Part shown: piece by piece, positions 57,507-64,000 of the stretch
Layout of the letters: each line of letters begins with the position of its first letter
Numbering within the stretch: the stretch's first letter is position 1
Assembly (NCBI GenBank): GCA_021792255.1
Contig: JAJYUZ010000002.1
Location: 64,001 to 128,000 of the forward strand
From: Thermoplasmata archaeon
GTDB taxonomy: Archaea; Thermoplasmatota; Thermoplasmata; Thermoplasmatales; GCA-001856825
Direction: 5' to 3'
DNA length: 64,000 nt
Made by a program: the position numbers and the translations under genes
Notes under the pieces: model-generated
Told to the model about the DNA's origin: nothing
Databases searched by the model: none
The model's input: only the letters and a program-made list of their open reading frames with translations

Positions 57507-58668
57507 CGTCTCCATCTTCTAGCACGTAATCCCTCCCCAATACTCTCTTGGTTCTACCATTAACTGCTCTGATGAATCTCTCTCCTAGATCAGAGTGTAC
57601 TTTGTAGGCTAGGTCTATGGCGGTTGAACCTTGTTTCATCAGAACAGCATCTGGAAGAACGTTGCCGTTCTTATCTGTCCAATGATTTTCATCTTCGACT
57701 GGATAAACAACGATCATCTTTAGCACATTGTAGACGAGATATTCAACGGCCTGCTGTGTTTTTGTTCCGCGATTATGGACCATGAAGTCGCTAACTTTCT
57801 TAAGGGCTTCCCTCTGAGCTGCGTTGAGCCTTCCCTCATCCGCCACTCTAAATGACTCATCTCCAGGGAAATAATCAATGAGTCCAGCCTTCGAAGCCTT
57901 TCTCAGCACTAACTCGTAATCTCCAGATACGACCAGAGCTTCCCTTTCTATCAATTTGGAAGCTTCGTTTGAATCTATCTTATCTCCCTTTGTAGCTACG
58001 ATGATTCCGGGTTTTGAAAGTCTTATTATTTCCTCTGCTAATCGAATGGTAACCTGATCGTCCCAGTTTCTCAGATTGCTCGGAATTGCAGCATTCTTTA
58101 CGGCCAGAGAGACGTCCTTCTGGTCTATACCTAGTCCGGATATCTTCTCATAAATTATTGCATCCAGTTTCCCCCCCTCGCTTTCAATCTTTCTTAGATT
58201 CCGAATGAGCCCATCAGAAAGGATGTTGGTCAACCACAGTACGATCTCTTTGTGTACAAACTCTGCATCTGCCAAAGGATCGTATTTGCCTTTCCCGACA
58301 GGATTACCGTTCTGATCCAAAGATCCTGTTGAGTCAATGACCTGAATGAATCCATCTGCTCTCCTCAGATCATCGAGGAATTTATTGCCCAACCCCTTGC
58401 CTTCGTGTGCGCCTGGTACCAGGCCCGCAACATCTATCAGCTCGACGGGAACCAGTCTGGTTCCATTGACACATCTTCCAAAGTTCGGGTTGCACTTTTT
58501 TCCCAGTTCTGTGTCTGGACATCTGGACCTGATATAGGTCACACCCTTGTTTGACTCTATGGTGGTGAAAGGATAGTCAGCTATTTCAACCGGATTTTCG
58601 GTTAGGGCAGAGAAAAAAGTACTCTTGCCTACGTTTGGTTTTCCTATTATACCAACCAGGATGCTCAT
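57481..58668 (-). CDS. ychF: Obg-family ATPase/GTPase YchF with TGS domain
   Basis: GKPNVGKST, YPFTT, DVAGLVPGAHEGKGLGNKFL, VHSDL. Confidence 0.95.
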   Translation of the reverse strand: MSILVGIIGKPNVGKSTFFSALTENPVEIADYPFTTIESNKGVTYIRSRCPDTELGKKCNPNFGRCVNGTRLVPVELIDVAGLVPGAHEGKGLGNKFLDDLRRADGFIQVIDSTGSLDQNGNPVGKGKYDPLADAEFVHKEIVLWLTNILSDGLIRNLRKIESEGGKLDAIIYEKISGLGIDQKDVSLAVKNAAIPSNLRNWDDQVTIRLAEEIIRLSKPGIIVATKGDKIDSNEASKLIEREALVVSGDYELVLRKASKAGLIDYFPGDESFRVADEGRLNAAQREALKKVSDFMVHNRGTKTQQAVEYLVYNVLKMIVVYPVEDENHWTDKNGNVLPDAVLMKQGSTAIDLAYKVHSDLGERFIRAVNGRTKRVLGRDYVLEDGDVIKIVAAR

Positions 58669-59087
58669 TCTATCTTAACTTCTACTAAACCGTAACCTCT
58701 CGGACATTTTCCATCCTGCACGCTGCTCACCTTGATCTTTGACTTGTCTTTCATGTAACTAAGAATGCAGATATCTGCATGCTGACAGAAATAATCGTCG
58801 CAGTCTGGTCGCTTGTAGGTGACCTTTGCACCCTCCTTGGAGATCTTTTTCGGAATCATTACACTCCTCACTTCTTCTTTTACCTCTACGGTGTAAACTT
58901 TGTCTGCCTCGTGAATGAAACACTTGTGCTCCTTTTCTCTGAATTTAACGACCCTGTAATACGAACCGGGTGTGAGGTTGTGGCACACGTTCTTCAGATT
59001 GCAAACATTACACTCTTGAGCTGGGGAAAAATACTGGAACACCGCACCTTCTTTGGTCAGATTTTTTGGTACAAGTGTTATTACCAT
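58665..59087 (-). CDS. UPF0179 family protein
   Basis: ITLV, ECNVCNLKNVCHNL, HKCFIH; synteny with egsA. Confidence 0.9.
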   Translation of the reverse strand: MVITLVPKNLTKEGAVFQYFSPAQECNVCNLKNVCHNLTPGSYYRVVKFREKEHKCFIHEADKVYTVEVKEEVRSVMIPKKISKEGAKVTYKRPDCDDYFCQHADICILSYMKDKSKIKVSSVQDGKCPRGYGLVEVKIE

Positions 59088-60145
59088 TATGCAACGCCCG
59101 TCAGGTGTAATGCTTCCCGGGCAGCACTTTCGCTAAGCCCACTTTCTCCCAGTATTGTGTATCTGTCGGGTCTTGTCTTGTGTGCCATCATAAGAGCCTG
59201 AATCGCATCTTCCTCTGTGAGAGAGACCTGATCAAGCGTTGTTGGTGCACCTATCGTCTGGAGTGTGTTCTTGATCATTACCCAGTCAGCTCCATGTAGG
59301 TACATGGCAATTATAGAACCTATTCCACAGAGCTCTCCATGCAATCCATTACCTTTTTTGATTGTGTTTACTGCGTGAGCAAACATATGCTCAGAACCAG
59401 ATGCAGGTCTTGAACTTCCCGCAACGCTCATCGCGATGCCGGAAAATACGATCTGTTTTATTACTAGCCACACGCTCTCTTCGATGTGTGGTTTGATCTG
59501 TGAGGCGTTATTGATTATTTCTCTTGCGGCAAATTCAGAAATTGCATAGGCTGAACTGCTCACCTTTTCTCCCTTTAATCGATGACCGAGATTCCAGTCC
59601 CTTAGTGCGGGTAGATTGGAAAGGACATCAGCTGCGCCCGATGCAAGGAATCTGAAAGGGGCAGTAACTATGATTTCGGTGTCTGCAATAATTGCAGCCG
59701 GCATCGTGGCTTCTACGGAATAGGACAGACCATTCTTACTTATAGTAGCCCTTGGGCTCGCGACACCATCATGACTTGCAGAAGTAGGAATAGAGATGAA
59801 ATCCAGTCCCAAGTCAAAAGCACTCTTCTTTGCAATGTCGATCTTGCTCCCTCCTCCTATTCCAATTATTACCCTTGCATCGACTTTCCTGGTCTGCTCT
59901 TTTACTTTCTCTACGTTTTCTTCTGTAGCCTGACCCGTGATGACAATACTGGTTTCTATACCTGAAGACTTAAGAAGATCCTTAACTCGTTCACCTGCTA
60001 GCTTCACGGTGGTCTGACCAGTAACTATTATCCCACTTTTCGAACTCGTAAGTTTGTTGAAGACCTCACCAGTCTTTTCTATTGCACCGTGGCCGCCGAT
60101 CACTTCTCTAGGAAGGATCATCTCTGCCAATTTCTCGAATGGCAC
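59087..60145 (-). CDS. egsA: sn-glycerol-1-phosphate dehydrogenase
   Basis: GGGSKIDIAK, PTSASHDG, SSRPASGSEH, HGELCG, RYTIL. Confidence 0.97.
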   Translation of the reverse strand: MPFEKLAEMILPREVIGGHGAIEKTGEVFNKLTSSKSGIIVTGQTTVKLAGERVKDLLKSSGIETSIVITGQATEENVEKVKEQTRKVDARVIIGIGGGSKIDIAKKSAFDLGLDFISIPTSASHDGVASPRATISKNGLSYSVEATMPAAIIADTEIIVTAPFRFLASGAADVLSNLPALRDWNLGHRLKGEKVSSSAYAISEFAAREIINNASQIKPHIEESVWLVIKQIVFSGIAMSVAGSSRPASGSEHMFAHAVNTIKKGNGLHGELCGIGSIIAMYLHGADWVMIKNTLQTIGAPTTLDQVSLTEEDAIQALMMAHKTRPDRYTILGESGLSESAAREALHLTGVA

Positions 60146-60204
60146 ACCGCCATATCCAATATTGATTATTTATCGTTTGCCTGTTCTAACCGATGCTTCT
60201 ACTT

Positions 60205-61419
60205 TCAAGTTCCCTCTTGCCAGGAATTTATGTAGCGTAGCTGTTCTCTAGTGAGCTCATCTATTTTTATTCCATATGAGTGAAGATAGGTATTTGCCAC
60301 CTCGAGATCAATTTCATTCGGAACCGGGTAGACTTTTGGTCGTTTTGGAGAATTTTCAGCTATGTACTGAGCCGTAAGCGCTTGAATAGAAAATGAAAGG
60401 TCCATTATTTCTACCGGGTGTCCTTGGCCGGAAGCGAGATTTACTAACCTCCCATCCGACAGTACATAAGCCTTCTTCTTCCCGATAGAATATTGCTTAA
60501 CGTTCTTTCTCACTTCCTTTCCCCTTCCAAATTTCTTTTCTATATCATCTACTGCAACTTCGTTGTTGAAGTGCCCAGAATTTGCAAGAATGATGCCATC
60601 CTTAGCATCTTTAAGAAGTTCTGGAGTGACAATATCTTTTACTCCAGTAGCCGTAATCAAAAAGTCTGCATAGCCTATGGCCTCCTTCATGGGCCTTACT
60701 ACGAATCCATCCATGTGTGCCTCAATTGATTTGAATGGATCTATTTCTGTAACCGTAACCCTCGCTCCTAGACCCCTCATTTTGTTTGCGATTCCTCTGC
60801 CACACCATCCATATCCTCCCACCACCACATTCTTTCCAGCAATCACAAGATTTGTTGCGGTGAGTAAACCATCGATCGTGCTCTGTCCGGTTCCGTACCT
60901 GTTGTCGAATAGATGCTTCATTAAGGCATCGTTAACGTCAAACATAGGAAATTTGAGTGCCTTAGCCTTTTCCATATTCTTGAGCCTCAGTACTCCAGTA
61001 GTTGTTTCCTCGTTCCCGCCTTTGATATTCCCATAAACGCTCTTGTCTTTTAGCGCAAGGGCTGTCAGATCTCCCCCATCGTCTATTATGATATCGGGCT
61101 CTGACTCAATAGTCCTGTACAGGTCCTCATAATACTCGTCCCTGGTAAGCCCCCTCTTCGCAAATACGTTAACGCCATAATCTTCCTTTAGGGAAAGAGC
61201 AACTTCATCGTCGGTGCTGAGTGGATTGCATCCCGATATCCTCACATTTGCCCCACCCTGTTTGAGTGTGTAAGCGAGTACAGCCGTCTTGGCCTCGAGG
61301 TGAAGGGCCATAGATATCTTTAGATTTTTGAAGGGTTTTTTGGAAACGAAATCATTTCTTATACTCTCCAGAACAGGCATCCATTTCATTGCCCACTGAA
61401 TCTTATTCCTGCCATTCAT
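60205..61419 (-). CDS. ahcY: Adenosylhomocysteinase
   Basis: HLEAKTA, CNPLSTDD, DDGGD, EETTTG, KHLFDNRYGTGQS, GYGWCGRG, GHPVEIMDLSF. Confidence 0.97.
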   Translation of the reverse strand: MNGRNKIQWAMKWMPVLESIRNDFVSKKPFKNLKISMALHLEAKTAVLAYTLKQGGANVRISGCNPLSTDDEVALSLKEDYGVNVFAKRGLTRDEYYEDLYRTIESEPDIIIDDGGDLTALALKDKSVYGNIKGGNEETTTGVLRLKNMEKAKALKFPMFDVNDALMKHLFDNRYGTGQSTIDGLLTATNLVIAGKNVVVGGYGWCGRGIANKMRGLGARVTVTEIDPFKSIEAHMDGFVVRPMKEAIGYADFLITATGVKDIVTPELLKDAKDGIILANSGHFNNEVAVDDIEKKFGRGKEVRKNVKQYSIGKKKAYVLSDGRLVNLASGQGHPVEIMDLSFSIQALTAQYIAENSPKRPKVYPVPNEIDLEVANTYLHSYGIKIDELTREQLRYINSWQEGT

Positions 61420-61439
61420 GAACTAGGAACTCTCTGTCG

Positions 61440-62078
61440 TTAAAATCTTTTTTTGATTTTGAGGAGAAATCCATCTCCCAGCCTTGACATTACTGCAGAT
61501 CCTAACTTTAAAGGTTCATCTAGAGAGCCAAACATAGTTACACCTTCTTCTCCAATTAAAATTGGTGAATAGAAAATAGTGAGTTCATCCCAGTTACCGT
61601 CCTTAACGAAGGAAGTGATCACGGATTTGCCTCCCTCTATCATAATTTTTCGGTATCCCAATTTTCCGAGTTCTTGAATTACAAAGTCAGAACTGGGAGA
61701 CTGATCATGGCTTTTTCTAATTATCACTTTGGATTTAAAATTACCAGCGAAATTGTCTTGATGCGCGCCATTGCCACAGAACATCACGACGTCTCTCTGA
61801 TAGGCGAACACTCTCGAATTTAAATTAACTGTCAAATTCGAGTCCAAAATTGCAGCATCCGGGATATGATCCGACTGGTAGTATTTTTCATTAACAATCA
61901 ACTTCGGATCGTCTGAGTTTATCGTGTTCTTTCCAACCAATATAATGTCAGATTCTGATCTCATCTTATGAACTCTTGCAAGATCCTCAAAATTGGAAAA
62001 TTTGAATGCCTTACCCCCCTTCGAAGCAATCTTTCCGTCAAGTGAACACGCAAGATTAATCGCGACGTGGGGTTTCAT
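61440..62078 (-). CDS. RibD C-terminal-type pyrimidine reductase (2,5-diamino-6-ribosylamino-pyrimidinone 5'-phosphate reductase)
   Basis: SLDGKIA, VHKMR, VGKNTINSDDPKL, MIEGG, DEL. Confidence 0.88.
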   Translation of the reverse strand: MKPHVAINLACSLDGKIASKGGKAFKFSNFEDLARVHKMRSESDIILVGKNTINSDDPKLIVNEKYYQSDHIPDAAILDSNLTVNLNSRVFAYQRDVVMFCGNGAHQDNFAGNFKSKVIIRKSHDQSPSSDFVIQELGKLGYRKIMIEGGKSVITSFVKDGNWDELTIFYSPILIGEEGVTMFGSLDEPLKLGSAVMSRLGDGFLLKIKKRF

Positions 62079-62200
62079 TCTACTATAAATCAGTCAGAAA
62101 TATTATAATTTACGTTAGAAAGTACGTGAATGGTACCCGTACTCTAGATAAGAATTGCAGTCGCTCATTGATTTTTCTTGCGGAGACCAATTCCTCAATC

Positions 62201-62233
62201 TTTAAGTAAGGTTTAATTAGGGTAACCTAATTA
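62201..62233 (+). promoter_or_regulatory. TATA box and DtxR/IdeR-type palindromic operator
   Basis: TTTAAGTA (62201-62208) then TAATTAGG-gtaa-CCTAATTA (62214-62233), 6 nt before the GTG start. Confidence 0.8.
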
Positions 62234-62239
62234 CGAAAA

Positions 62240-62959
62240 GTGAAGCACAATAGTCAGGATTATCTTCTGACGATTTGGGAGTTGTTCGAAAGCTTTGAAA
62301 ATGCCAATGAGAAGGAAGTGGCGGAAAGATTAGAAATATCACTACCATCTGCATGGGAGGGAATTCATAGATTAGAAAAGGAGAGGCAACTTATAGTGAA
62401 AAAGAAGGGCCTACAATTTACCAATGAAGGCTTCCTAAATGCTATGAAAATGGTGAGGGCACACAGAATAACCGAATATTTTGTGTATTCGTTTCTTGAA
62501 GTTCCGTGGGATCAGGTGCATTATTCCGTCATGGACCTAGAGCACGATTTTACCGAAAATCTCCTCGCTAACCTCTACAGGAAAATGAGGTCTCCAGGGT
62601 ACTGCCCTCACGGCAACCCGGTAGAACCGATTCAGAAGATGACTGAGATTAGGGCGTCTGAAGCTCCAGAAGGAAAATACTATTTTGTTAGACCGGTGTT
62701 AGAAGAGTACACGTTTTTGAAGAAGCTCTTAAATGTGGGCGCAACACCAGGAAGACCAGTTGGCATAGAGAAGGCGGAAGGCAGTTTATACCTGGTCGGT
62801 GAAAACGGGGAATTCAAGCTGCCTTCAAGCATGGAAAAGACTATCCGGATAAGGCCAAAGCCCAATACATCAAGAAAACTTTCGAAGGTGAGCAAGGTCC
62901 CAGTGTCAGCTCCTATTGCGATGTCCTTCCCTCAAAATTACAATGAATCCCACAATTAG
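62240..62959 (+). CDS. DtxR/IdeR/MntR family metal-dependent repressor
   Basis: QDYLLTIWEL, HTH, RAHRITEYF, LEH, CPHGNP, FeoA-like C-terminal domain. Confidence 0.93.
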   Translation: MKHNSQDYLLTIWELFESFENANEKEVAERLEISLPSAWEGIHRLEKERQLIVKKKGLQFTNEGFLNAMKMVRAHRITEYFVYSFLEVPWDQVHYSVMDLEHDFTENLLANLYRKMRSPGYCPHGNPVEPIQKMTEIRASEAPEGKYYFVRPVLEEYTFLKKLLNVGATPGRPVGIEKAEGSLYLVGENGEFKLPSSMEKTIRIRPKPNTSRKLSKVSKVPVSAPIAMSFPQNYNESHN

Positions 62960-64000
62960 AAAGTTGCTACCCGTCCTAGGTCCAGGATGGGTCGTCATGT
63001 TGGCAGATCTAGATGCTCCAAGTGTAATCACTGCAATCCAGTCTGGAATCGAATTCAAGGCTCATTTGATAATTTTTCTGATCGTTCTTATAATTCCCCT
63101 TTTTCTAGTTCAGGACACTGCTTCAAGAATAGGAGCAGTCACAGGAAAAACTCTGGGACAAATGATTTCCGAACACTTTGGACACGAATGGACGATATTA
63201 GCGGTTAGTGGAAGTGCTGTCATAGATTTTGCAGCCTACGTTGGAGAGTTTGCTGGAATCGCCATTGCGGGTACTTTAGTGGGGATTCCCGTCTTTGCAA
63301 TAGTCATTTTTGTTATAATAGTTCACACACTGGTAGTGACAACCGGGAAGTACAAGAAGATTGAAATTTTCCTTGTTGCCCTAGGATTTTTTTTGTTCCT
63401 CTTCGTTGTTTTGGATTTCTTTGTATTTCCCCGAAACATCAATATTGCAGATTTTTCGCCATATGTTCCTTCCAATTCTTTTTATTTTTTGATCGCTGCA
63501 AACATAGGTGCGGTCATTATGCCCTGGATGCTTTTTTACCACCAGGCAGCTGACGTGGATAGCGGGCTCAAAGTTTCAGGACTCAAAAGGGAGAGTTGGG
63601 GTACATTCCAAGGTGCGGTCGCATCTGAAGTACTGATGGTTTCGATTGTAATATTCTCCTGGAAACTTTCGCAGGATGGATTTACCAGCAGGAATTCAAT
63701 GACTTACGTCGCAGCAGCACTTAACCACGAGATTGGACCTATTGGTCCAATACTATTCGCAATAGCACTGGGAGTGGCCGGTCTCTTGGCTATGTTTGTA
63801 ATATCAATGAGCATGGCTTATTCTATGTCTGATGTCTTTAAGATGAGGGGGACATTCAATAAGGGAGTCGGAGGACATAAGAGATTCTACGGGATCTACA
63901 TGCTGGAGATAATACCGGCAGCAATTCTTACACTCGTTTTTACCGATCACCTAATTAGTCTAGCACTAGACGTCATGGTGCTTAGTTCGATCGCGCTAGC
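62943..64000 (+). CDS. NRAMP/SLC11-family divalent metal transporter (truncated by right edge; not in ORF track)
   Basis: MNPTIRKLLPVLGPGWVVMLADLDAPSV..., QDTASRIGAVTGK, GEFAG, YKKIE, ANIGAVIMPWMLFYHQ. Confidence 0.88.
   Translation, partial: MNPTIRKLLPVLGPGWVVMLADLDAPSVITAIQSGIEFKAHLIIFLIVLIIPLFLVQDTASRIGAVTGKTLGQMISEHFGHEWTILAVSGSAVIDFAAYVGEFAGIAIAGTLVGIPVFAIVIFVIIVHTLVVTTGKYKKIEIFLVALGFFLFLFVVLDFFVFPRNINIADFSPYVPSNSFYFLIAANIGAVIMPWMLFYHQAADVDSGLKVSGLKRESWGTFQGAVASEVLMVSIVIFSWKLSQDGFTSRNSMTYVAAALNHEIGPIGPILFAIALGVAGLLAMFVISMSMAYSMSDVFKMRGTFNKGVGGHKRFYGIYMLEIIPAAILTLVFTDHLISLALDVMVLSSIAL

Noticed and set aside
62987-63208. 73-aa plus-strand ORF with CxxCxxC
   Set aside because: Alternative frame inside the NRAMP-like gene
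1-64000. rRNA, tRNA, CRISPR arrays, IS elements, integrases or proviral genes
   Set aside because: No cloverleaf, repeat-spacer periodicity, transposase or recombinase motifs seen by eye; intergenic gaps are short. Not confirmed computationally.

Overview
Gene-dense archaeal chromosomal segment. Gene content and order point to class Thermoplasmata (inference): rps15-RecJ/GAN, proteasome/exosome superoperon fused to pus10-rpl21e-rpoF-DUF655-ksgA, egsA, archaeal ribC/ribL and asparagine synthetase AS-AR. A phosphopantothenate synthetase and a ValRS with PMHAS in place of KMSKS suggest a lineage outside the classical cultured Thermoplasmatales. About 70 CDSs are mostly housekeeping or metabolic, and I saw no rRNA, tRNA, CRISPR array, transposase or integrase. 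Three genes are absent from the ORF track: rpoP (54421-54552), an NRAMP-like transporter running off the right edge (from 62943), and a 20-aa acidic micropeptide (MSIKRRPGDDDEDDEDDEDF, 19634-19572) with its own TATA box and Shine-Dalgarno (SD) site leading a RimI/Ard1 acetyltransferase-ribL unit. The most interesting loci are (i) that micropeptide-GNAT unit; (ii) a class I hyaluronan-synthase-like GT2 clustered with UDP-sulfoquinovose synthase, a GHMP sugar kinase and a GalU-like nucleotidyltransferase, possibly a sulfonated-polysaccharide pathway; (iii) a three-gene helical protein/SPFH-zinc-ribbon/YdjG-like operon beside an M61-PDZ peptidase; (iv) a peptide ABC transporter whose ATPases carry large insertions; and (v) a DtxR regulator with a clear operator upstream of a non-canonical NRAMP. 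All calls are by motif recognition by eye; no searches were run.
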